NCBI GenBank assembly: GCA_951406725.2
Contig: OX597827.1
Coordinates: 61,938,001 to 62,002,000, forward strand
Source of the DNA: Octopus vulgaris
Lineage: Eukaryota
Reading direction: 5' to 3'
DNA: 64,000 nt
Shown here: piece by piece, positions 24,962 through 38,154 of the stretch
How the letters are laid out: every line of letters starts with the position of its first letter
How positions within the stretch are numbered: the stretch's first letter is position 1
The notes under the pieces: model-generated
Told to the model about the DNA's origin: nothing
Seen by the model: only the letters and a program-made list of their open reading frames with translations
Database searches by the model: none
Position numbers and translations under genes: made by a program

Positions 24962-25260
24962 TCTCTCTATATATAAAACTGAGAATGTGTGTCTGTCTGT
25001 GTGTTTCCCTAAAACTTGAGAACTACACAACCAATTTCATTCAAATTTTACACATGCCTTACTTAAGGACCGGGCAGTGTCATCGGAAAAAATCTTAACT
25101 TTTTCCCTAGAGCGACCCCACAGAAATATATCTTCTCCACTATTTCAGTATTTCGTGTTAAAAGTGAAACAAAACATCTCTCTTTTGTAATACAGACACT
25201 TTCACTATTAAAGTGAAAGTATTATATAACAGGGATGAACCATTAACAATGGTCATCCAT
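24962..25260 (+). mobile_element. Helitron-like 5' end
   Basis: A|TCTCTCTATATATAAAACTGAGAATGTGTGTCTGTCTGTG..AACTACACAACCAATTTCATTCAAATTTT has the same architecture as the 5' end of the 40359-40871 Helitron. Confidence 0.6.
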
Positions 25261-25669
25261 TTTGCTAGAAGATCTGCTGTCTTATATGCTACACCACTGG
25301 TTTTCAACTCATATTAATCAAATTAATATTCAATTATGTGTTCGTGTGTATTAGCAATTCGTATAAAATTGCATCAATGACTTGAACTTGATAGAAGAAA
25401 GTCCAAAAATGAATTTCACATAAATGGGGATAAATTAAAAAGGACTGTTGTTATTATTATTACTGTTTGGCTATTGTAATCACGTTTGTTGGTTCCTCGT
25501 CAGGGAAGCGTTGTTGTGTTGCATTTGTTAAATAATTGTAAACCGTAACCCTCCCCCTTTCGGGCTTTGGTTATTATTTAAAAATTGAATTGTGTCCCTG
25601 ATTGGGGAAATTGACAATATTTTCACCGTCTTTACGTAAGCATTTTTGTTAAAATGTCTTCGATAGAAG

Positions 25670-27280
25670 AAAGCCCCAAAATCTTTGAAAAATTTTTTTG
25701 AAAATTTCCCCAAAATATTTGAAAAATGTCTTGAAAAATTTCCCCCAAAACTTTTCAAAAATATTTTGAAAATTTTCCTCAAAAATTTTTGAAAATCTTC
25801 CACAAAATTCTTTTGAAAATTTTCCCCAAAGTTTTTCAAAAATTTTTTGAAATATTTCCTCAAAAATTTTTGAAAATTTTCCCCATAAAGTTTTCAAAAA
25901 ATTTTTGAAAATTTTCCCCATATTTCCTCAAAGATTCTTTGAAAATTTCCCCAAAATATTTGAAAAATGTTTTGAAAATTTTCCTCCAAAATTTTTCAAA
26001 AATATTTTGAAAATTTTCCTCAAAAATTTTTGAAAATTTTCCACAAAAATCTTTTGAAAATTTTCCCCCAAGATTTTCAAAAATTTTTTGAAATATTTCC
26101 TCAAAATTTTCCCCAAAGTTTTTCAAAAACTTTTTGAAATATTTCCTCAAAATTTTCCCCAAAGTTTTTCAAAAATTTTTTGAAATATTTCCTCAAAAAT
26201 TTTTGAAAATTTTCCCCATAAAGTTTTCAAAAATTTTTGAAAATTTTCCCCATAATGTTTTCAAAAATTTTTTGAAAATTTTCACCAAAAATTTTTGAAA
26301 AACTTTTCGAAAATTTTCACCAAAATTTTTCAAAAATTTGTTGAAAATTATCTTCAAAATTTTTGAAAATTTTCCCCATAAAGTTTTCAAAAAGTTTTGA
26401 AAATTTCCCCCATAATGTTTTCAAAAATTTTTAGTAAATTTTCCCCCAAATTTTTTGAAAAGTTTTTTGAAAATTGTCCCCAAAATTTTAGAAAAAGTTT
26501 TTTGAAAATTGTCCCCAAAATTTTTGAAAAATTTTTTGAAAATTTTCCCCAAAACTTTAGAAAAATTTTTTGAAAATTTTCCCAAATATATTTTGAAAAT
26601 TTTCCTCAAAAAGTTTTGAAAATTTCCCCCATAAAGTTTTCAAAAATTTTTAGTAAATTTTCCCAAAAATTTTTGAAAAGTTTTTTGAAAAATTGTCCCC
26701 AAAATTTTAGAAAAAGGTTTTGAAAATTTTCCCCCAAAATTTTAGAAAAATTAAAAAAAAATTTCACCCCCAAAACTTTTGAAAATTTTCCCCAAAAATT
26801 TTTCAAAAACTTTTCGAAAATTTTCACCAAAATTTTTCAAAAGTTTGTTGAAAATTTTCCTCAAAAATTTTTGAAAATTTTTCCCATAAGATTTTTCAAA
26901 AATTTTTTGAAAATTTTCCCGAAAATTTTTTGAAAAGTTTTTGAAAATTGTCCCCAAAATTTTAGAAAAAGGTTTTGAAAATTTTCCCCCAAAATTTTAG
27001 AAAAATTAAAAAAAAATTTTCCCGATAAAGTTTTCAAAAATTTTTGAAAATTTTCGCCAAAAAGTTTTTAGAAATTCTTTGAAAATTTTCCCCAAAATTT
27101 TTGAAAAATTTTTTGAAAATTTTCGCCAAAAATGTTTGAAAAATTCTTCGAAAATCTTTCCCAATAATTTTTGAAAACTTTTTGAAACTTTTCCCCATAA
27201 AGTTTTCAAAAATTTTGAAAATTTTCCCTAAAAATTTTAGAAAAATTTATTGAAAATTTTCCCCGAAAATTTTGAAAAAG
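25670..27280. repeat. 1.6-kb A/T-tract satellite-like array
   Basis: Degenerate ~12-bp subunits (TTTT-G/C/CCCC-AAAA) with longer internal duplications. Confidence 0.9.
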
Positions 27281-27736
27281 ATATAAGTAACGTAAAGTCT
27301 GGAAAAAAAGTCCTTTTAAACATGGAGTGTCTGATGTTTCTAACGAAGAGTTTCTTTAGTCGAATTGAAATTCATGGTAATTCCCATAATGATGTCAACT
27401 ATCAAAAAAAAAAAAAATTTCTCTTTCTGCAATACTTTCTTGGTGTCTCCTGTAGATGCAGTTTCTTAATATCCACCACTAAAAGTATTTGATTAAATAT
27501 GTGAAAAAAATTAAGAAAATCTGAAAAATTGTCTTTTGTACGTAAAAAGTGTCACTGGGGATTGCAGTCCACAGCAATAAAATTTTGAATGGATACATCA
27601 GCTTCCTGCGTTCACAGAGCTAACTTAATCAGCTTAAAGGAGACGACTAAACACTCAACATAGAGACGTCCTGGGTAAAGCAACTTCGTATTTGTCACTG
27701 AATATCGCATCGGGTTGTTCGTATCCACGTATTATT

Positions 27737-28140
27737 GTGGCGAGCTGGCAGAATCGTTAGCACGTCGGGCGAAATGCGTAGCCGTATTTCGTCTGCCGCT
27801 ACGTTCTGAGTTCAAATTCCGCCGAGGTCGACTTTGTCTTTCATTCTTTTGGGGTCGATAAATAAAGTACCAGTTACGCACTGGGGCCGATATAATCGAC
27901 TTAATCCGTTTGTCTGTCCTTGTTTGTCCTCTCTGTGTTTAGCCCCTTGTGGGTAGTAAAGAAATAGGTATTCCGTCTGTCTTTACGTTCTGAGTTCAAA
28001 TTCCGCCGAGGTTGACTTTGCCTTTCATCCTTTCGGGGTCGATAAATAAAGTACCAGTTACGCACTGGGGTCGATATAATCGACTTAATCCTTGTTTGTC
28101 CCCTCTGTGTTTAGCCCCTTGTGGGTAGTAAAGAAATATA
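27737..28140 (+). mobile_element. SINE family A dimer
   Basis: Two bodies, each with the Tx1-like tail; junction AAAGAAATA|GGTATT. Confidence 0.9.
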
Positions 28141-28307
28141 TTTACAGTGAAGAGCATATTCAGTCAGAAACAAGCTGCGTGTCCACGCCAACTTGGGTTG
28201 TGGTCTAATGTGGAATTCACTCAAACATTAACCATCTTGTTGTCAAGACGCACTGTCAGCTGTTTCAGTTTCTGGGAAATTTCAATGATTTTAAAAATAG
28301 TTTCATA

Positions 28308-28708
28308 GGCGTAGGAGTGGCTGTGTTGTAAGTAGCTTGCTTACCAACCACATGGTTCCGGGTTCAGTCCCACTGCGTGGTACTTTGGGTAAGTGTCTTC
28401 TACTATAGCCTCGGACCGATCAAAGCCTTGTGAGTGGATTTGGTAGACGGAAACTGAAAGAAGCCTGTCGTATATATGTATATACATATGTGTGTGTGTT
28501 TGTGTGTCTGTGATTGTCCCCCCAACATTACTTGACAACCGATGCTGGTATGTTTACGTCCCCGTATCCTAGCGGTTTGGCAAAAGAGACCGATAGAATA
28601 AGTACTAGACTTACAAAAAATAAGTCCTCGGGTCGATTTGTTCGACTAAAGGCAGTGCTCCAGCATGGCCACAGTCAAATGACTGAAACAAGTAAAAGAG
28701 TAAAAGAG
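28308..28708 (+). mobile_element. full-length SINE family B
   Basis: Head, CORE-like segment, internal (TA/TG)n and tail ending (AGTAAAAG)2. Confidence 0.92.
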
Positions 28709-28783
28709 TTTTGCTAATTTATATAACAGTTTTTCATTTTAACGGTTTTTAATAAATTTCTTTTATTCTTACCTTTATTAAAT

Positions 28784-29005
28784 ATCCATCCGGTCATCAA
28801 TTCCGCTCACTTTTCCCAGAGAGGCTGTTGGGGTTAGAGTTCTTAGGCACCTCCTTTACAGGCTCCTATCAGAAGAAGCAACCGTCGTTAGACTTTCTGG
28901 GTGGATTCCCAGGCATGGTCAACCAAGACTGTGGATATTATCCAATTATCTCGTTCTTAATCTACCCCTAGGTCTCTTGTCGGTTAGCTCGGCTTCGAGA
29001 ATCCA
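28784..29005 (-). pseudogene. RTE/Rex3-like LINE 3' fragment
   Basis: Minus: ILEAELTDKRPRGRLRTR*LDNI..LG..LGI..DRSL*RRCL..L with a GGATGGAT tail. Confidence 0.7.
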
Positions 29006-29459
29006 TAAACAAAAACTAAATACATGTTTTTTTAATTTAAGTTCTAATATAAAATCAATTATCTGTATAAAACTAAATATTTTTTAATAAAATTCTTTTT
29101 ATAAAATAAAATTTATTTGAAAACAAAATCCTAAATTCTGCTCATAAAATTAAGATATATTTTTATAACATTTTTGTTATGAAAATTAAATTCATTTTCT
29201 ATCATATCCTTACCATAAAAAATAAATTTATTTTATAAAATAAAATAAATTTTATAAAGTAAATTCTGCTTATAAAATTTATTATTTTTTATATATAATT
29301 TTATAGAAATATATTTATTTCATAAAAACATTAATTTTTATATAACTTACATTTAAAAAATTCTTTATATAAAGTTAAATTCATGCTAGTTTGTTTTTGT
29401 GGACTAAACGCGGACCACGTTTATATATTCAAGCTAAACATGACTGATAGTATCACGGG

Positions 29460-29660
29460 TACCTTTTATTTTTTCACTTGTTTCCACCATTGTATTGCGG
29501 CCATACTGGGGCACTGTCTTAAAAGGTTTAGCCGAAAACCCTAGTAATTTTTCATTTTTTAAAAATCTGGTACTTATTCTATTTGTCTCTTTTTGTTGAG
29601 CGGCTAAGTTACTGGTACAAAGTAAATCAACTCCGGTTGTACATTGGCGGACACACACAC
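29460..29660 (-). mobile_element. diverged SINE family B 3' part
   Basis: GCGGCCATACTGGGGCAC..GGTACTTATTCTAT..GCTAAGTTAC. Confidence 0.6.
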
Positions 29661-29691
29661 ACTCTTATACATATATACATACACACCCCAC

Positions 29692-29753
<62 letters not shown>

Positions 29754-30003
29754 TCAGTGGGACTGAAACCGAAAAGGAGACCCCCCCCCAAAAAAAAAGT
29801 TAAGAAGTCATTAGCGAGTGAGATCCGAAACCAAATTTCAAGGACAGCAATTTGGTGCATTACCCACTGAGGCATGCGCATCGATACAATTGCGTGTCTT
29901 AAATAATTAACTTGGTGTCTGGTCTTGAAATAGTCTATTTCATTCCTGTTTTGATTCTCTTTCATATGTCCTTTGTAGCTGCATCTATTTCGTTTAGTTT
30001 AAG

Positions 30004-30027
30004 TACATACATACATACATACATACA

Positions 30028-30061
<34 letters not shown>

Positions 30062-30408
30062 CAGATATACATACATACATACATACATACGTACATACAT
30101 ACATACATAAATACATACGTATATACATACACACATGCATACATACATACATACGTACATACGTACATACATACATACATGCGCACATACGTACATACAT
30201 ACATACATACATAGTACATGCGTACATACGCACATACGCACATACATACATATATACATAAATACATACATACATACATACATACATACATACGTACATA
30301 CGTACATACATACATACGTACATACATACATACATACATACATACATGCATTCATACATACATTCATACATACATACAGACGTACATACAGACGTACATA
30401 CATACATA
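30004..30408. repeat. (TACA)n array
   Basis: About 400 bp degenerate tetranucleotide repeat. Confidence 0.9.
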
Positions 30409-31710
30409 CGACAATAGATTTGTTATTGAATACATACATAAAAACAGCAACAGCAGCAGCAGTAGTAGCAGCAGCACAAATATATTGGTGGAACATTCTC
30501 GTAAAAACCTCAGACAAGTGCAAACATAACAGGCCTGATATAATTATTTAGAACATCACCCCCCCCCAAAAAAAAAGAAAACAAATGAAAAAAGTACAGC
30601 CACAGACCTCAGATGCCCTGCTGATGTAAATATGTCTTCCAAAAATCAGTGAAAAATAGAATATTTATGACCAACTGCTTCGATGCCGACAGCTTTTGTT
30701 GTTGTTCTTTTTTTTTAAACTCATGTTATAAATTCACATTTATATCAATAATCATTGGCGCACTTGGTTACATTAGGAAATGCTTAATCTCGAAAAGCTA
30801 ACAGATTTTTTACCAATACAGTTCGGAGAGCAGAACCGTAAAGGTGTGCAACGGCATTTCTGAGGTTCACCATGCAACATTTACCGTCTTTGATTTCTGT
30901 TTTGATTCTCTTTCATATGTCCTTTGTAGCTGTATCTGTTTCGTTTAGTTTAAGTACATACATACATACATACAGCGACGTGGTTCGACCCGTGAGTAGG
31001 AGGAGGTGCTCGGACCGTAAGCAAACGGATCGGCCCCGGCTGGATAGTCACGCTCTAGGTGACCGTCGCACCCCAAGGGGGTCAAGACTATATTGAGGGC
31101 TTGCAGTCGGCAGGTGGAGCGAGCGAAGGCGGGCAAACGCGTGCGTCGAAAGGGGCGGGAGAACGCAGCGGCGTCTGAAAGGCGGGCAAAGATTTGATTT
31201 CTAAACTCCGGCGATGGAGCCTCTGTTTCTTTGTTTCTTACAGAGAGAATTTAAATTAAAAAAAAAAACAAGACATCCACACACCCGTACTTGCACACAC
31301 ATATGTTCATATGAAAATATACAGCCACATGCTTACACATGTATAATACTTGCATATATATATATAAAATTAGAAAAAAACACCTTTCATCTATTCAAAA
31401 TGAACAATTAAATTACACCGTCTAGAAAATTACATATAATAGAAATATTAAAATTAGATACGTTTTTATTATTTTTTTTGCAATTTACCTAATCATTGGT
31501 ATTTTATTGTTATTTTAATTTTAATATTTCTATTATATGTAATTTTCTAGATGGTTTAATTTAATTGTTCCTTTTGAATTGATAAAAGGTGTTTTTTTTT
31601 CTAATTTTTCATATATATATATTATATTGTGTGAGATTTGATTTAGTATTTCTAAATTGAATTTTTTTCCCTGTAAGTTTGGATTAATATTCCCTCAAAT
31701 AATAATAATC

Positions 31711-31775
<65 letters not shown>

Positions 31776-31789
31776 ATATATATATATAG

Positions 31790-31962
31790 CAATCTCAAGA
31801 TTAATCAGCCGAAATTGCGAGGATGATCCGGTTCTTGACTAGGGATAGAAAGCTTCGAATGACCCGTCCTTGTTTTTTTGTATCGTGTATCTGGATGTTT
31901 TGTTGTCCCTTTTTGTATCACTTAGTTGTCCGGATGTTTTGCGTTCTTGTCCCATTTTGTAT
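31790..31962 (+). mobile_element. Penelope-type terminal-repeat fragment (family of 60090-60430)
   Basis: CAGCCGAAATTGC..CTTCGAATGACCCGTCCTTGTTTT..GGATGTTTTGCGTTCTTGTCCCATTTT is shared with 60270-60430; flanked by (TA)n. Confidence 0.6.
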
Positions 31963-32316
31963 TATATATATATATATATGAGAGGTATTGCTATCCAGAA
32001 GACCCAAGGTGGCAGGTAAGGCTATGTAAGTGCTATGGATAAACCGTAATTAAACTCTAGGATCGATAATGATACGAGTGAGGAGTCTAATGCGGGTCTT
32101 GTACGAGCATGTATATGTTAAATAAAATGAGACAACAAAGTCAAGGCAGTGTGGAATTTTCAGGACATAAAGAGAACTTTATAAAGACTGACTTTCTCTT
32201 TATAAATGTTCTGAAAATGTGACATAGCCATGGCTTTCTTGTCTCATTTTATTTAACACACACACACACACACGTATATATATATATATATATATGCGTG
32301 CGTGAGTTTGTGTGTG

Positions 32317-32402
<86 letters not shown>

Positions 32403-32691
32403 GTACTGATCTCTGATATAATATGCAATACAAAAGTACTCCTTTTGTCACTTTAGTTTCGTTTTCCGTTTTTTTCCCGTTGTTTACTGACTGCGTTTTC
32501 TATATGCTGCCTTCTCAGCGTCATCGTCTTCTATTTATTGAATTTTTTTATTACATTATGTTATGTGGTTTGCGCCCGAAGAATATGTCTGAGTTCTCTC
32601 AACACATGAAATTGTTAGTAGCGCTTTAATACATGTATTGTGACCTTTAAATAAGAAATGCTTTTCCTCATCAGTGGAATATACACAGAAA

Positions 32692-32725
<34 letters not shown>

Positions 32726-32924
32726 TACATACGAATACTTACATATACGAACGTATACATACATATATATATATAAATATGTGTAAATATATATACATAC
32801 ATATATATACACATACATATATATTTATACATCCATACATATTAATGATGATGATAATGATGATGATGATGATGATAATAATAATGATAATAATATATAT
32901 ATATATATATACATACATACATGC

Positions 32925-33457
32925 CAGGGATGTGCCGCTTAGGTAGGTAAGGTAGGCAGTGCCTACCTTGAATAAAATAGATCGATAGCAACATTTTAAA
33001 TTTATGCCAAAATATGGACCTAATTCAATAGGCGCATGATTGGCCCAATTGGATGACGTGAGGGGAGAATTTCCGAGGGTCCACCCTACCTCACCCTCTC
33101 TGAATTCTGTAGAAAAATCTACTTGTGGCATATTTGGAGTTGAGATTAGTTGATAGCACAAGAAAAAAAAAGAAAAAAGAGAAAACAGCATTATTTCCCA
33201 CCGAAATCGAGTTGGGTGTTAAACTATAATTTTACCAAACATTTTCACCATCAGTAAGCGAAGCTACATTTAAACTACATTTTAAAAAAATATTCTGACA
33301 AAAATTGGAAAGAAATTTAATAAGATCATAAAAAAAAACTTTCATCTATTGTATGGTGTTACGGTAAAAGAGATATACCTAAAAAGCAAATTAATAATAA
33401 CTTTTCAGAAGCTGGTTATGTACTTACCTTATATTTCTTTCTATAATCTCAGCCCTG
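32925..33457. mobile_element. possible hAT-like non-autonomous element
   Basis: Ends CAGGGATGTG / CTCAGCCCTG (8/10 inverted match) with subterminal TAAGGTA motifs. No 8-bp TSD is visible. Confidence 0.35.
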
Positions 33458-33723
33458 TCTGTGTGGCAAGAGGCCTGTTCTTTTGAGTTATATCGTTTCG
33501 AGTTTAGCACCACTATCTGACACCGAATGTCTCCTACTATAACCCACCCCGTGTGTGTGTGTTGCTGCTTTTTGGGCTTGTCCAAAAGCCTGAAATCTTG
33601 AAATAAAACTGAATAATGACATGCATACATACATACATACATACATACATACATACATACATACATACATACATACATACATACATACATGCATGCATAC
33701 ATATATGCATGCATACATACATA

Positions 33724-33960
33724 CAGTAATCTCTCGACTATCGTGGGTATTACATTCCAAAATCCCCCGCGATAGGTGAAAAGTAGAAATAGTAGTAGAA
33801 ATAGTACTGTATATATATTTTTTATTATTTTTATAATTTCTATATATTTATTTTATTATAAATGCAAAACAACACCACGGAGGAATCGACATAAGCTTAA
33901 ATAATAAACCGCGATAGGTGAACCGCGATAGGTAAACCGCGATATGGCGAAGGATTACTG
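33724..33960. mobile_element. Tigger-like MITE in (CATA)n
   Basis: TA|CAGTAATCTCTCGACTATCG ... CGATATGGCGAAGGATTACTG|TA; subterminal CCGCGATAGGTGAA repeats. Confidence 0.85.
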
Positions 33961-34044
33961 TACATACATACACACATAGATATTACAAATATAACCAATC
34001 TGATGTGCTTCCAAACAATTTTCCTCTGTGTATTCTTTTATATA

Positions 34045-34230
34045 TCTCACCCCAAAGGCTGTGGTCATGCTGGAGCACCGTCTGTGTCATCACCTTTTCA
34101 GTAGCCATTCTTTTGGGTGTAGGAGGGAGTTCGACACAGCTGCCCTCTTTTGAGTTTCTTGCCGTGATATACGTTCATCTGAGATCTTGGCCTGCAGGAG
34201 ATCAAGTTGTTTCTTGAAAACATCCATGCT
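34045..34230 (-). mobile_element. CR1/L2-like LINE 3' tip
   Basis: MDVFKKQLDLLQAKISDERISRQETQKRAAVSNSLL..* then ACGGTGCTCCAGCATGACCACAGCC. Confidence 0.75.
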
Positions 34231-34451
34231 ATTTATAATTTTCTTCCACGAGAATTTGGTTATGCAGATGTTTTTATTAAAGACACACGATAAAGATGTC
34301 TTCCAGCAGAATTGAATGCGAGGTTTTTTGATTGCTCTATGTAATTCTTTTTTAATTACTCGGCTATGTTTGCGTTTATCACGTTTACACACGTACATAC
34401 GTGCGTTTACATACATGCATGCATACAGATACGCACATACATATACATCCA

Positions 34452-34495
<44 letters not shown>

Positions 34496-34851
34496 ACATA
34501 CAGATGCACACATGTGTGTCTGTGTACATACACATATACAAAGAGATACACGTTCAAACATGCATATAGACACACATGCATTCTAAAACGTTTACATTAT
34601 ATACATACATACATACGTACACACACACACACATATATATACATGTATATATATATATATATATATAAACATGTATACACACATACATATATATAAATAT
34701 ATATACATACATATATACACACACACACACATATATATATATATACACACAGACACATATCTATACATAAATACATACATATATATATATATATATACAT
34801 ATTTTTGCATGCACATATGGGCATTATATGCATATAAATGAATACACACAC

Positions 34852-34896
<45 letters not shown>

Positions 34897-35030
34897 GCAT
34901 GCATGGACGTGTATCAATAAGTCTGTTGATATGTATATATATATACATATATATATATATATGTATGTATACATACATACATAGAGTTATATATATGTCT
35001 ATATATGTACATATACATATATACACATAC

Positions 35031-35077
<47 letters not shown>

Positions 35078-35149
35078 CATATATATACACACACACACAC
35101 ACATATATATATACAAACATGCATATACACGCACTCGCATACATTCACA

Positions 35150-35211
<62 letters not shown>

Positions 35212-35436
35212 TAATAGGAGCACGGAGCATATCTTTCTTCGGTTCCTATCCCCGCCGCATGCCACGAATGGATAAACTGTACACATCAATGCATAACGTA
35301 ATTTTCGTCTGGCTTTGACTTTGACCTCTTGCAGGGGTCATCATTATAATGTATCCCGCAATCACCGAAGCATTTATTAAGAATCTAACCATTTCGGGCT
35401 GTCTGTGATATTGACCCAATAATACCTAACGTAGTG

Positions 35437-37135
35437 TGATGGTAGCGGCGGCGGCGGTGGTTGTGCTGGTGGTGGTGGTGGTGGTGATGATGGGGCGGTG
35501 GTGGTGGCTGTGGTGGTGGCTTTGGTGGTGGTGGTGGTGGTGATGATGGGGCGGTGGTGGTGGCTGTGGTGGTGGCTGTGGTGGTGGCTGTGGTGGTGGC
35601 TGTGGTGGTGGCTGTGGTGGTGGCTGTGGTGGTGGTGATCACGGTCGTTGTGGTGATGGTGGGGATGGCGATTTTGGTGACGGTAAAGGTGGTTGTGTTC
35701 GCGTGTGTGTTTGTGTGTGTATGAGTTGTGTGTGTGTGTGTGCGCGTGTTTAAAGGTGGTGCTGGCGATGGTGGTGGTGATGATGGTGATGGTGGTAGTG
35801 TTCGGGGGTGGTGGTGGTCGGATGGCATGGGTGGTGACGGTATTGTTGGTGGTGATCAGGTGGTATGGTGGTGGTAGTGCACGTAGGGGTATTTGATGTT
35901 GGTGGTGGTGTTAGTGTTGGTGATATTGCTGGTGGTATTATTAGTTAGATATGATGGTAGTAGTAGTGGTGGTGGTGGTAATGATTTTGGGGGTAATGGT
36001 GGGGATCGCGGTGGTGGTTGTGGTGATGGTAGTTGAGTGGTGGTTGTGGTGGTGGTAGAGGAGTGGTGGTTGTGGTGGAGTTGTGATGGTGGCAGTAGTG
36101 TTAGTGATTGTAGTGGTGGTTGTTGTGATGGTGGTGGTAGTGTTTGTGATTGTGGTGGTGGTAGTGGAGTGGTGGTTGTGGTGGTGGTTGTGATGGTGAT
36201 AGTAGTGTTAGTGATTGTAGTGGTAGTGGTTGTGATGGTGGTGGTTGTTGTGGCGGAGTTGATGGCTGTGGTATTAGTGATGCTAGTGGTTGTGGTGGTA
36301 GTGGTGCTAGTGTCTGTGGTGGTGGTATTATTAGTTGTGGTGTTAGTGATTGTGGTAGTTGTATTAGTAGTAGCGGAGTTAGTAATGACACTTGTGGAGG
36401 GGTCTTGTTAGTGGTAGAGTTATTAATGATGGTTGTGATGATGGCGTTGGTAGTGGTGGTGATCGTGACGGTGGTGGTAGTGTTTTGGTGTGAAGGCGGC
36501 GAGCTGGCAGAAACGTTAGCACGCCGGGCGAAATGATTAGCGGTATTTCGCCTGCCGCTATGTTCTGAGTTCAAATTCCGCCGAAGTCGACTTTGCCTTT
36601 CATCCTTTCGGAGTCGATTAAATAAGTACCAGTTACGCACTGGAGTCGATTTAATCGACTTAATCCCTTTGTCTGTCCTTGTTTGTCCCCTCTGTGTTTA
36701 GCCCCTTGTGGGTAGTAAAGAAATAGGTATTTCATCTGACTTTACGTTCTGAGTTCAAATTCGGCCGAGGTCGGCTTTGCCTTTCATCCTTTCGGGGTCG
36801 ATAAATTAAGTACCAGTTGAGCACTGGGGTCGATGCAGTCGACTTAATCCGTTTGCCTGTCATTGTTTGTCCCCTCTACGTTTAGCCCCTTGTGGGCAAT
36901 AAATAAATAAGGCGATGGTGTGAAGTTAGTGCTAGTAGTTGCGCTGGTGTAACTGATGATGCTGCTGGTCGTGATGATGGTATTGGTGGTACAGGTTATG
37001 GTAGCAGTGGTGGTGGTGGTAGTGTTGTTATTGGTGTTGTTAAAAGTGCTTCTACACTGTTGATTATGGTGCTGTTGAAGGTGTTGTGATAATAGTGATG
37101 GTGCTGTTAGTGGAAGTTGGTGGGGGTTGTGGGTG
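35437..37135. repeat. degenerate (GGT/GTT/GAT)n triplet field
   Basis: About 1.7 kb of G/T-rich low complexity, including (GTGGTGGTGGCT)n; interrupted by a SINE. Confidence 0.9.
36494..36911 (+). mobile_element. SINE family A dimer
   Basis: Junction AAAGAAATA|GGTATTTC; second tail TTGTGGGCAATAAATAAATAA. Confidence 0.9.
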
Positions 37136-37205
37136 TAGATGGTAAGAACAGCGATGGCACCTGAATCGTAATGGCGTTAGTGTGAATAGGAACGATGAAG
37201 GTAAT

Positions 37206-37547
37206 TAAGACCCCCTTCGGTCACGACACAGACCGTGAGATTGCACCTAGAAAGTTACCCTCCCAGGCACAAGTCCGGGCAAGGTTGTTTATGGAAGACC
37301 AGCAGTTGCCCATGCATACCGGCCTCCCCTATCCACACCACCAGTGTTATCCAAGGGAAAGGCAAAGGGGCCGATACAGCTTAGCACCTGTGACGTCGCA
37401 ACTCATTTCTACAGCTGAGTGAACTGGAAACACATGAAATAAAGTGTCTTGCTCAAGAACACAACACGCAGCTCGGTCCGGGATTCGAGCTCACAACCTC
37501 ACGATCGTAAGCTCGGCGCTCTTACCACTGAGCCATGCACCTTCACA
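37206..37547 (-). mobile_element. full-length SINE family E with TSD
   Basis: Highly similar to 20254-20589. TSD ATGAAGGTAAT at 37195-37205 and 37548-37558. Confidence 0.92.
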
Positions 37548-37748
37548 ATGAAGGTAATATAGCTTTTGATATCGTTGTAAAGTCTAGCTGACGTTAGTAC
37601 TATTGTTGTTGTTTGTATTGTTGTTTGTGTTGTTGTTGTATTGTTGCTGTTGTTAATGTTGTCACTGATTAGCACCACATCGGCCTCGGTCGAACAGAAT
37701 TATGGTCAAAAGCACTTCAGGTAAAATCCTTTTATTTTCCTTTTAAAC

Positions 37749-37835
<87 letters not shown>

Positions 37836-37932
37836 GTATATATATATATACATATATATATATGTATATATATATATATGTATATATATATGTATATATA
37901 TGTATATACATATATATATGTATACATATATG

Positions 37933-37981
<49 letters not shown>

Positions 37982-38006
37982 GTATATACATATATATATG
38001 TATACA

Positions 38007-38069
<63 letters not shown>

Positions 38070-38082
38070 GTATATATGTATA

Positions 38083-38151
<69 letters not shown>

Positions 38152-38154
38152 ATA

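Noticed and set aside
25528-27209. K/F/N-rich minus-strand ORFs
   Set aside because: They are translations of the A/T-tract array, and the frames shift arbitrarily.
27634-27660. Kolobok-like TTAA|AGGAGAC terminus
   Set aside because: No matching inverted end was found.
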